NCBI RefSeq assembly: GCF_000143415.4
Contig: NW_003314356.1
Location: 372,001 to 436,000, forward strand
From: Selaginella moellendorffii
Taxonomy: Eukaryota > Plantae > Lycopodiophyta
Length of the DNA: 64,000 bases
Direction of reading: 5' to 3'
This document shows positions 24,827-36,234 of the stretch, piece after piece. The notes beneath the pieces were generated by a model. The model made no database searches. It was not told where the DNA came from and saw only the letters and a list, made by a program, of their open reading frames with translations. A program made the position numbers and the translations under genes. Within the stretch, counting starts at the first letter, position 1; every line of letters starts with the position of its first letter.

Positions 24827-27800
24827 ATTTGGTATCGGAGCGTTTTCCTCAGTTCTAGCGAAGGATAGAGGCGGATTGCTGGGAGATGGCAAAGGCAGGG
24901 CGTAAGCGAACCCAGGTGGAGACGGAACCTCCGCCAGAGCTGGAGTCTTCGGTCGAACAAGAGGCTATGGATGAGGAATCCTTGCATGAGGAGGACTCCA
25001 GTGAGGAAACTTCCAAACAGGAGTCCGGTGGCAAGGTTCGATTGTCCAAGGCTCGATTGGACATTCTAGAAGGACAATTGGCACAGACCAATGCCCTGCT
25101 AGAGACTCTTGTGCGTAAGCTAAAGCGTGACGAGAAGTGGAAGAAAAAGTGAAAGACTGCGGATGCTAGCAGCGCAGAAGGTGTGGACCCTTCGGCAGAG
25201 ACTGAGGCAAAACCAGACAAGGTTGAACAGACTGAAGTGGAATTAGTCCCTCAGGCAGTTCCCAAGTACAAACCAAAGCCCCCACCGGTCTTCAAGGGAG
25301 TGAATATAAAGTGGTGGAGGATTGGTTTTACGATATGGAGGACTACTTCCGAGCGTTGCGATTACCGAGCTCGGAAAAGGTCCCATGTGCAAAACCATAC
25401 TTGGCAGATAATGCCAAGTCTTGGTGGAGAACGACAGAGGCCAACGAAGGACCGGTGGCCACTTGGGACATGATGAAGGTGAGGATCCACGCAACTTACG
25501 TTCCTCCAAATGCTACTCTGCATCTAAGGAGGTTGAAGCAGACCGGAACCATTCAGGAGTATGTGAATGGGTTTATGGCAAAGAGGATACTTGTCACGGA
25601 CATGGGGGATATGGATGCGTTCCATGCCTTCATATCAGGTTTGCAAACCTGGGCTCGCGGTGAAGTGATGCGGTGGAACCCAACCAACTACAAGGAAGCG
25701 TTGGATGCGGCCATCAAGGTGCATTTCAACGATAACCTGCGAAAGGGGAACACGACGGGGTCGGGATCCACGTTTAGCAAAGGGGCCAAACCAAGGGGAA
25801 CGTTTAGCATAGGGAAATTCAAGAAGAGTTTCTCTAAGAATGAGTCCTCGGGGTTCTAGAAAGGCAAATCCGGTGGCCAGCGAGCGAGTACGTGGGGGAG
25901 TCAAGCGAAAAGAGACAAACCCACAGATAAGAAGGTCAAGTCGTATAGCAGCGTGGGAAACAATGTATGCTACAACTGCGGTGAAGCGGGACACTTTTCG
26001 AGGGAATGTCCCTACCCAAAGAAGGCCAAAGCCAATATGGCAATCAAGTCGGGTGAAGTCCAAACTGAGGTATATGATCCAGTCCTTAACTAAAAGTTAC
26101 TCATAACATGAGAAACTTTGGTAGAGAGTCATTCGCGACATCTACTAGCCCTCCGAGGGAAGCTCGAAGGTAGCTTTGTTAACATCCTTATTGACACGGG
26201 TGCTTCGGATAATTTTGTGGCTGCAGACATAGTCCGGCAAGCCGAACTAACGGTGGAGCGACTAGGCGAACCAAGGACAATAGAGTTTGTTCAAGGTAGC
26301 CAAAGCACCGATGAGGTACTTTGACAAGCGAGAGTCAAAGTAGGGACATGGAAAGTGGACATGGATTTCACCGTGTTAGACATGGCGGGATTTGACGTGA
26401 TCTTCAGAATGGATTGGTTCAATCGGTTCGTGGTAGCCCTGCATGGACAAGGTAGGAACTTTGTGGTACTGGCAAATGCCTAAGGAAGAAGATCTAGGGT
26501 GGAGGCCCAGGATCTAAAGGTAGGGCAAAGTAAGGCCAAAGAATCCTGCTTAAACCTGGTGTCCATGAGAGGACAACTCACTAAAGGAACTAAGGCAGCA
26601 TTTTTGTGCTTATTCTCGGTGAAGAGTGACAAAAAGACAGGAACGGAAGAAGTACCTTTGGTGATCTAACGGGTGTTGGACCAATTCCAGGATACCATGC
26701 CGGAGGAGTTATCGGCGGGGTTGCCCCCCGCACGACCGATAGAACATAAGATTGAGCTGGTCGAGGGGACTTGTTCAATAGGTTGGGAAAGGCAAAATAC
26801 TTCTCAAGGATTGACCTAAGGTCAGGATACTACCAGATCAGGGTAGCTGAGGAAGATGTCGAGAAGACAACCTGTCGAACGAGGTATGGGAGCTTTGAGT
26901 TTCTGGTGATGCCCTTTGGGCTGTGCAATGCGCCGGCAACATTTTCGGCGTTGATGAACCACATCTTTGTACCCTATCTGGATCACTTCATGGTCGTCTA
27001 TATCGACGACATCCTGATCTATAGCGAGACGCTAGAGGAGCATGCCGAACACTTGGCGAAGGTGTTTGAGAAACTAAGGGAACACAAACTGTATGCTAAA
27101 GAGAGCAAATGTGACTTTGCTCAACAAGAGGTAAAGTTTCTCGGGCATGTGGTGGGCCAGGATGGGCTCAAGGTGGACCCGGAGAAGGTCCAAGCGATCC
27201 AGGAATGGGAGCAACCATCGAATGTACATGAGTTGAGGGCGTTCTTGGGGCTATGCAACTACTACCGAAATTTTATCAGACACTATTCGAGAGTAGCCCT
27301 GCCCTTAACAGACCAAACAGGAAAAGGGAAGATGGTATGGACAGCGGAATGCGAGGCGGCATTCGTCCACCTCAAAGGGAAGTTGAGGAAGGCTCCTGTG
27401 TTGGTATTACCAGACTTTGGTAAGGACTTTGAGGTAGAAACAGATGCTTCAGACTTCGCGTTGGGCGCAGTTTTGAAGCAAGACAAATATCTAGTAGCAT
27501 TCTTCTCGAAGAAGTTGGACAAGGCTCAACGGAAGTGGCCTGCCCACGAGAAGGAATTGTTTGCGGTGGTCAAGGCGCTCAAGGAGTGGCGACACTACCT
27601 TGGGAGACACTTCAAGGTTTACACGGACAATGTGGCAACGAAACACTTCTTGTCACAGCCCGACCTGAGAGGGAAACAAGGTTGCTGGGCCAATGCCTTG
27701 GCCGAGTTTGATTGTGAAATTCTGTACAAGCCTGGGAAAAGCAACATCGTGGCGGATGCACTAAGTCGAAAAGCGAGCTTGAGGTTGGCGATATCCAGCA

Positions 27801-29483
27801 CAACAACAACCTTCGGGGACAATGTGCGGACAGCATATGAGAACGATGGTCTAGCACAAGAAGTGTTGCTGAGGAATCTGGAGGCACAGGAAGCTCACCA
27901 GAGAGGTGAGCTGCCAACGGAAGAGAAAACGAGCTATGCGGAACGCAACAAACTCATCTATTACAAGCAAACGAGGGTGTATGTTTCAGAAGGGGAACTA
28001 AGGAAGGCAGCCTTAGAAGAGTGTCATGACGGACCTCTTGCGGGACACGGCAGAGTGCCCAAGACGATGGGCTTACTCAAGAGGAAGTACCATTGGCCAG
28101 ATATGGCTAAGGACGTCCAAGACTATGTAAAGACATGCCAACATGTCAACAGGTCAAAGCCGTGACTAAGGCTAGTGGGGGCTTGTTGCAAAGCATCCCA
28201 ATTCCACATCGTCTGTGGAAATGTCTTACGATGGACTTCATCACGGGACTTCCCCCAAACGAGGGGTTTGATGCGATATTCGTGGTGGTGGACCAATTTT
28301 CAAAAATGGCACATTTCATACCCACCACAACGGAAGTGGATGCGGAAGGTGTGGCGAAGGAAGGCTCCAGTGTTGGCATTACCAGATTTTGGTAAGGACT
28401 TTGAGGTAGACACGGATGCTTCGGACTTTGCGTTGGGCGCAGTTTTGAAGCAAGACAACCATCCAGTAGCATTCTTCTCGAAGAAGTTGGACAAGGCTCA
28501 ACGAAAGTAGCCTGCCCACGAGAAGGAATTGTTTGCGGTGGTCAAGGCGCTCAAGGAGTGGCGACACTACCTTGGGAGAAACTTCAAGGTTTACACGGAC
28601 AATGTGGCAACGAAACACTTCTTGTCACAGCCCGACCTGAGAGGGAAACAAGGTCGATGGGCCAATGCCTTGGCCGAGTTTGATTGCGAGATTTTGTACA
28701 AGCCTGGGAAGAGCAACATCATGGCGGATGCGCTAAGTTGAAAAGCGAGCTTGAGGTTGGCGATATCCAGCACAACAACAACCTTCGGGGACGATGTGTG
28801 GACAGCATATGAGAACGATGGTCTAGCACAAGAAGTGTTGCTGAGGAATCTGGAGGCACGGGAAGCTCACCAGAGAGGTGAGCTGCCAACGGAAGAGAAA
28901 ACGGGCTATGCGGAACGCAACAAACTCATCTATTACAAGCAAACGAGGGTGTATGTTTCAGAAGGGGAACTAAGGAAGGCAGCCTTAGAAGAGTGTCATG
29001 ACGGACCTCTTGCGGGACACGGCAGAGTGCCCAAGACGATGGGCTTACTCAAGAGGAAGTACCATTGGCCAGATATGGCTAAGGACGTCCAAGACTATGT
29101 AAAGACATGTCCAACATGTCAACAGGTCAAAGCCGTGACTAAGGCTAGTGGGGGCTTGTTGCAAAGCATCCCAATTCCACATCGTCTGTGGAAATGTCTT
29201 ACGATGGACTTCATCACGGGACTTCCCCCAAACGAGGGGTTTGATGCGATATTCGTGGTGGTGGACCAATTTTCAAAAATGGCACATTTCATACCCACCA
29301 CAACGGAAGTGGATGCGGAAGGTGTGGCGAAGCTGTTCTTCGAACAAGTGGTTCGAGTACGGGGAAGGCCGGAAGAGATCATCTCAGATCGAGATAAGAT
29401 CTTCACTAGTAAGTTCTGGAGGACTCTCCTGGAACAGTATCGCACCAAGTTGAAATTTAGCACAGCCTATCACCCACAGACAG

Positions 29484-29530
29484 GTATGGGGTATTAAGTC
29501 AAGTTTGGTGGCACTAACACTTCTTGACAG
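29484..29530 (+). other. Putative spliceosomal intron 1 (47 nt) in integrase core
   Basis: CAG|GTATGG...CACTAAC ACTTCTTGACAG|AC. Removal gives HPQT-D-GQTERVN and exact D(35)E spacing. An identical copy is at 56440-56486 (-). Confidence 0.85.
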
Positions 29531-29948
29531 ACGGACAAACGGAAAGGGTGAATAGGCAGCTGGAGGATTATTTGTGATGCTATGTCTCGGGAGACCAGAC
29601 CAATTGGGTAAGTCATTTGGGCCTTGCGGAAATGTGTTATAACAACTCACCACATTTGAGTATTGGGGTGAGTCCATGGGAAGTCATCAATGGGCGAGCT
29701 ATTGAAGGTCCTGTGGAACTCGGCGTGGCCGAGTATCATGGAGAGTTACCGGCAGTGGAGGCATTCACGGCGGAAAGACTCAACATTTGGAATCTAGTGA
29801 GGGATTCCTTGGAACGAGCTCAACAAAGGCAAACCAAGTACGCAAACTTAAAGCACCGGGATGTAGAGTTCAAAGCTGGGGAGAAGGTGTGGCTGAACAC
29901 CAAGAACCTCAGGCTACCAAGTGGGATCAGCCGAAAGTTGACCCAAAG

Positions 29949-30000
29949 GTAAAAATGCATGTATTCCTATAAATGAATTGATCTTGAGTTCCTTAAGCAG
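29949..30000 (+). other. Putative spliceosomal intron 2 (52 nt) before the GPY/F motif
   Basis: AAG|GTAAAA...CCTTAAGCAG|GT, AT-rich. Removal gives KLTQRFAGPYKI. The copy at 55970-56021 (-) ends in TAG. Confidence 0.85.
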
Positions 30001-30209
30001 GTTCGCGGGGCCTTACAAGATTGAGGCACGAATCGGTAAAGTGGCTTACCGACTCCGACTTCCTCGAGAGATGGGAAAGATGCATCCCATGTTCCACGTG
30101 AACTTACTCAAGCCGTATTTTGAGGATCTGCTTTGCAAGGACCAAGTAAGACCTTTACCTGAGGTTATCCAAGGGGAAGAGGAATACGAAGTCAAGGCCA
30201 TCCTCAATG

Positions 30210-30949
30210 CGGGGGGGGGCTGCAGGGGGTTCCAAAAGTAGGGATAGTGAGGTCTAGGAACCAGTTTTGAAGGGACTCTCCAGTGGGGCTCCCAAACCGA
30301 CTTGAGGTTGGGATTGGGATCGAGGGGCCTTGGGTGGGAGTGAGCATGGACTTGGTTGGTGCCAGAGGGGCCATCCAAGGAAGTGCTCAAGAGCAGCTCC
30401 CACTCCCGAAAGGGAAACCGATTGCAGTGCTCCCGGCTCATGTGGAGTGGTGCCCCACTTGAGTACCATGCGGCTCATTGGTCCTCGCCCTTCCTAGGGG
30501 CTTGGGCCTTCCTTTGAGATGGAAGTGGGGGGGTAGAGGTACCCACACCGGGCCATTAGGCCACGGTGTTTCGCCCCGACATCCCGAAGCAAGTGCTGCA
30601 CCCAAGGCTTGGGATTTAGAGGGTCCCATGATCAAGTCTTGTTGTGCCAAGGGGTGTTAGAAACCTGGAGGCTTGGTGTGCTTGGCTGCTTGTGCCTGCG
30701 GGGAGTGTAGCTGAACCTTAAGTCCAGTCTAACCCGGGGAGGGGGATTGGGAGAGAATTGGGAATCCGTGGATGGATGGCCAACGCTCCGTTGCTTGTGC
30801 AGTGAGTAGCTGAAAGCAAGTAGGACCAAGTAGGAGTTGGTACCATAGGCGAGAACCTTGGCGAGGGAACTTCGCAAAAGCCAAGGCAATGTCGGACGGA
30901 TAAACGAGGTAAGCTAGCAAATTGGAAAGCAAAAAATTTATGGCTTACA
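30210..30949 (+). repeat. Family-C 3' LTR, 5'-truncated, belonging to the second C insertion
   Basis: Matches ~24081-24826 with noticeably more substitutions than 54026-55185 does. Ends GCTTACA. Confidence 0.88.
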
Positions 30950-33931
30950 TATTGAGCATACACCTCCAGCTCTTGAGAACTTTGCAAATGAGATGCGGCA
31001 GCTGAAGGAGATCATACTTTAGCAACAATCACAACATGATAAGCTGCTCTAGGAGCTGGTGGAGTCCAGGAAAGAGGCCATTGCAGCTCAGGAACGCAGA
31101 TTTAAGTCCCATTGGTGCACTCACTGCGAGATGAACACACACAACACACAGCACTGCTTCAAGCTTCACCTAGATCTTTGGCCTCCATCTTTTCAACGTG
31201 TCCAACAACGTCCCTTTGCGGACAACTCCACATCGTCTCGGGGTCCAAAGACATATCAGGAGCAGTTGGAGCAACAAGCAATTGAGGCAACCCCTTCGTC
31301 AAGCAAAGGCAAGGCACAAGCCTCATCGGTCAACACGATTTTGGTAGCCGAGGAACTCTATAGACAATAGTAGCAAACCGCAGCCACTTGAGCCCAAGCG
31401 AAGAAGAAAGCAGCAGCTCAGCCTGCCATAGATCCCCCAGTGTCGGTTAAGAGTGGATCTCTGTTGGCACCAGATCTAGTGACACAGAGGGTGGCTTGTA
31501 AACTCCTCTTCAAGTCACTACTGTCTTCTCTTTCTGAGATCTCACCAATAGCTATTCCTATTCTGGAGTTGGTTCTTCAACAGCTAGTTCACACTCTCGT
31601 CACCTTTTTGCTCCAAGACATGTTGTGTTTTGTCCCAGGATTCAGCCAGCGTTTAGAGGAGTTTGCACGGTTAGGAACACTAGAGAGCACTCTCAAGAGG
31701 ACTCCTCAAGAGATGCACATTGTCGACATGATAAGATATGGTGGAGATCCTAGCCCATTCTTCATCCTGGTGCAAATTGGTACTTCCTCTTCTAGGATGG
31801 ATGCTTTGGTTGACTCCGGTTCTGGAAACAACATTATCTCTCTTGAAGCTGCCCTTTTAACACAGCTACAAATCACTAAGAGCTCCTCCATTGTGCTCAA
31901 GACCTTTGCCAACCACACCATTCCTCCAGCGGGCATTTGCTGTGGTGTCAAGGTCTCAGTGCAGGGTGTTGTTTCTGAGGTAGATTTCCTCGTGGTTGAT
32001 TACCAACGTCTTGGAACATTCTTTTTCAAGGACTCTATCATCCTTGGCGATGCATCTTAGTGATGAGGACAAGCTTCATGCACATGACTTAGAGGTTCTT
32101 GCCTTGGAAGAACAGTGATAATCCACATGAGAACATCTCCTTCGAGGCAAGCTGAAGATTAAGTCAGTCATTGATCATCAACGGTCTGCCGAACCATTCA
32201 AAGATGGCAATCTTGTTGTACTCAAGGAGTTTACACCACCTTCGAAGTTCTCCCCTCGCTGGACCAGCCCCTACTTTGTCCAGCAATACGTCGGAGGTGG
32301 AGTATATGTGCTAGTTGATGTTGATGGATGTGAACTCCCACATGCTCACAACCACTCTCATCTCAAACGCTTCATTCGGTGAGACATTCCTCTTCTCTTC
32401 TTTTTCTTTTTCTTTTTCTTCCTTTCTTTCACTTTACTTTCTTGGCTACTTTTCTTACTTTCAGAGGGTGTTTCTCCATTGGACCATGGCCCATGCCTTG
32501 GATTTTGTGCTCAGGCTGCATTGCTATTTGTATGGAGGTCCCTTGCTTGGCTTAGTCTATATTCCAGGTTCTTTGGTCCTTCCCTTAACATTACTATACC
32601 CCACACATTTCCCACACTCATTCTATATCATCTACACTCACAGTTCCATCACCCATCACTTCTAGCAGCGTTGGCCGCACTTATCTCTAGATGCCCATTT
32701 TGCATCTTTCATTCTTTCACCATCATTCACATCTCTATTTGAGGTTACATTTACACCATACCATGGACACACATACATGCACCAACAACAAAAGATGCCA
32801 CCTAATTTGGACGTGCCATTTCCAAGATATCCTTCTGACCATTTGTCGACAACGCACTAGCTTTTCTAGAGCAACTTTATTCCAACCAAGTGAGCTTGTT
32901 CACTCAAGGCACCTAGGTGGATCTTTAAGCAAGGCCACAGAAGCCAAAAGCACTTTCTTCTGCTCCAACACTTAGTGGACACATGCCACCTTCCTTTACC
33001 GGCAACCTAACAACTACAACGTCCTTTTCAGCTGTTGTCTTCTTCAGTCCGACACATTAGACCATTGGCCTAACACTTTAAGAGATGGCCACCATTTTGG
33101 TGCTCCACCATATCACTCCACCATATCGGTACTGGAGCAAGCGCAGGAGTAGGAGCGAGAGCAGGTGGTTACTGGTTACAGGTCCCCAGTACGTCTCCTT
33201 CCATTTTCACCTTTATTATTCTTATTTAAGAGATGGCCTCCTTTTCAAAGTGCCACCACCATCTCGGCACTCCACCATCTCACTCCATCTTTCATCATTT
33301 CCACACTTACCACCCTTGGGCAACACATCCCCTCTTCTACCTCTTTTTCTTTTTCGATTTCAGCCAAACCTTGGAGCATACCAGAAGTCAACAAGAGGCT
33401 ACATTTGCATATTACACTTTCCTAAGCCAAAATCCAGGTACGGGTTAAGTTCTTTGGGTACTCACTCTTTTTCCTCTATTTTCCTCCTCTTTTCACAATT
33501 TTTCTGCACTTTTTCTTCAACTTCAAGATCCAATTTGACTACAGCGTTTCCCACCAGGTTTTCCTCCCTCTTTCCAAACTTCACACCTACCTCTTTGCTT
33601 TCTTTTTCCACTTTGCTTTCTAGAGTTTCTACTATTTCACGCAGCTACCAGCACATGGCTTCAGTAGCAGAGGTACTCTACACTCTTCAGAGGGTTCTCG
33701 TGCGTCTGGAGCTAGTGCAATCCACCATGGTCGCATGTTAGGGCATGGCCACCGAGAGAGTGAGAGAGAGAGAAAGAATATTCTGGTCCTTAGAATATTC
33801 CCCATCTTCCTTGTATAAAACCCTTGCCTCACAAGGGCAAGGGGGGGGGGGGGGGGGATTTTGTGGAGAGCATTGGAACATTTCTCATGTTTGAGTGAGC
33901 GTTGGGGGAAGTGCCCCTCCTTCCCCCAACA
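30950..33931 (+). mobile_element. Element D, 3' half: gag Zn-knuckle, protease, integrase C-terminal remnant (RT/RH absent) and short LTR 33736-33931
   Basis: CTHCEMNTHNTQHC; ALVDSGSGNNII; KFSPRWTSPYFV at ~32245-32280. LTR TGTTAGGG...CCCCCAACA is followed by CATG. Confidence 0.75.
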
Positions 33932-35190
33932 CATGACTGTGCTTGCCAACACTGCCACTTGGTCAGGGCTAGAAGGCCTACCCACTAAGTCCCATTGACA
34001 TTTGGGACTTCCTTGCCACGTGAATATATCCTTAGTCACTACACAAAAGGATTTCTGCTCTTCTTTTTCTCAAAGCAAGACTCCAATAAGCCACACTAGG
34101 CAAGTAGTTAATGCCACCCACTTTTGGATTGGGAGCATCAACCATTTGATCTCGTAAGGTAGTTAAAGCTGCCTCTTGAACACTTCACCTAAGTACTCTA
34201 TTTGTCCGTCTGTGCTCACTTTAGCTTTGGGCTCCTCAGTTCTTATATTATCACCCACTAAGTGGGTATAGCCTTCCTTGGTCACACAAGCCTTTGTTAG
34301 CTAAAATGATTCCATTGGAATCCTCCCCTTACTATACTTTTGGAGTTTATCAAACCTACCAAGGTCTGGGAAATGATCACTATAGGCTTTCATCCTCGGC
34401 CTTGGAATTGGACTCAGACTTGGACTCAGACTCAGACTTGGTCTCAATCTCAATTTCAGTCCCAGACTTAGTCTCGGTCCGAGTGTCTGTCTTGGTCCCA
34501 ATCTCGGTCTTGGTCCCAGTCCAGTCTTGGTCCCCATCTCATACTCCTTCTTGGACTTCATCTTGGACTCCACCTCAAACTCCATCTCAGACTCCATCTC
34601 AGACTCCATCTTAGACTCCATCTCAGATTCAATCTCAGTCTCAGTCTCAGTCTTGGCCTTACTCTCAATATCGGTCTTCATCTCAGTCTCAGTCCCAGTC
34701 CCAGTCTTGGTCCCCACCTTGAAGTCCTTCTCAGACTCCTTCTCAGACTCCATCTTAGATTCCATCTTAGACTCCTTCTTAGACTCCATCTCAAACTCCT
34801 TCTCAAACTCCTTAGACTCCATCTCGAACTCCTTCTTAGACTCCTTCTTAGACTCCATCTCGAACTCCATCTTAGATTCCTTCTTGACTCCTTCTCGAAC
34901 TCTTTCTCAGACTCAGATTCAACACTTCCATGTGTCACAACAGTTGCCATATGTCAGTGCTTCTCGTGTCCCTTTTCTAGAGGCTTGCTTATTGATCTCT
35001 TCATGCTTGTTCCTTGAGCCTTCATTAGGAGTTCCACTCCCACTCTCGACTTTTTGAGTTAGAGATTTTAGTCCAAATGTGTTATGCTCATTTGGCTTTT
35101 CAGCCACTACCACGTGACACCCCCTTAGCTCCACTTTGGGCTTAGAGATTTGTGTCTTAGACTTCCCTTGGAGGGGTAGTAGATGTTACA
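33932..35190 (-). repeat. E-subfamily LTR, 5' part (host of element D, continues at 61908-62300 on +), with degenerate hexamer array
   Basis: Homologous to E LTR blocks. Starts TGTAACATC on the minus strand. (GACTCCATCTCA)n-type array at ~34410-34915. Confidence 0.75.
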
Positions 35191-36234
35191 AATGATTTTC
35201 TACCAAAGTTGCTCGTGTAATAAGTAACTTTGATTTAGGAATTGGATCATGTACCTCAGTTTAAACTTTACCCAACTTAATAGCTATATTGACTCTGACC
35301 TTCTTAAAGTAAGGACATTTTTTAAAAAAGTGTCTCGCTTCACTGTAGTTGTAGTATATATTATTTCCCACGCCATTAGTAAAGTTGGCCTTTTTATCAG
35401 TGGGTATGTCCCTTTTTGCCTGATTCCCCATGTACTTGCTCACTAGCCACTAGATCTGCCTTTCCAAAACTTTGAGGACTCATTCTTAGAGAAACTCTTC
35501 TGAAATTTCTTTTTGCCATATGTCCCTCTTGGTTTGGTTCCTTTGCTAAATGTGGACCCCAACCCTGTCGTGTTCCCCTTTTGCAAATTATTATTAAAAT
35601 ACACTTTAATAGCTATAACCAATACTTCCTTATAGTTGGTCGGGTTTCAACCCATCACATCACCTCAAGCCCTAGTTTGTAAGACTAATATGAAGGCATG
35701 GATTGGTATGAATGCATTCATATCACCCATATCTGTGAAAAGGATCCTCTTGGCTATAAACCCATTCACATACTTTTTAATAGTTCCTGTTTTCTTCAAC
35801 CTACTCAACTCATCCCTTAGGCGTAGAGTAGCATTTAGAGAAACATAAGTTGTGTGCATTCTCACCTTCATCACTTCCCAAGTGGCCACCATTCCTTTAT
35901 TGGCCTCTATTGTTCTCCACCAAAACTTAGTGTTATCTGCTAAGTATGGTTTTAGATATGGGACCTTTTCCAAATTTGGTAACTGCAATGCTTGAAAATA
36001 ATGGACTAATTCTACTTCTTTTTTTTCAACCTTGTTCAGTTTTACCTCGGTCTCTTCAAAATGGTCCATGCCATCTATATTGCCAACATTTGCAGTTTTT
36101 TTGCCTTTTCTCCTACTTCTCATCACACTTTGACTTGTGTACAACGTTCTCTAGTAGGGCATTGGTCTGTGCCAATTATCCTTCTACAACGTCCAATCAA
36201 ACTTTAAACAACTAAACCTCCCTATTGAACTTCT
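35191..36234 (-). pseudogene. Older degraded family-C gag fragment (its 5' end, PBS and LTR end lie at 44529-44845)
   Basis: ORF 35665-36144 is homologous to C gag (KPYLADNTKFWWRT). PBS remnant at ~44705-44716. Confidence 0.8.

Larger units (their letters stand above)
24886..30209 (+). pseudogene. Family-C chromoviral gag-pol: gag, CCHC, PR (IDTGAS), RT (YIDD, N-terminal deletion at ~26768), RNase H, integrase with two introns, truncated chromodomain
   Basis: ORF-track fragments and the zinc knuckle CYNCGEAGHFSREC. A ~970-bp tandem duplication covers RH-INT. The sequence ends at EEEYEVKAILNA, fused to the middle of an LTR. Confidence 0.92.

Noticed and set aside
26070-26124. Possible third intron at the gag-protease junction (GAG|GTATAT or GTATGT...TTTGGTAG, 55 nt, AT-rich)
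   Set aside because: The older C fragment (~35200-35265, -) reads through in frame with CGA in place of the TGA and with synonymous changes, and splicing would shift out of the pol frame. It is not a required intron, although an alternative Gag-only splice cannot be excluded.
33085-33741. 218-aa Ser/Phe/Leu-rich ORF, and the 283-aa antisense ORF 21493-22344
   Set aside because: Low-complexity or shadow ORFs with no recognisable domain.
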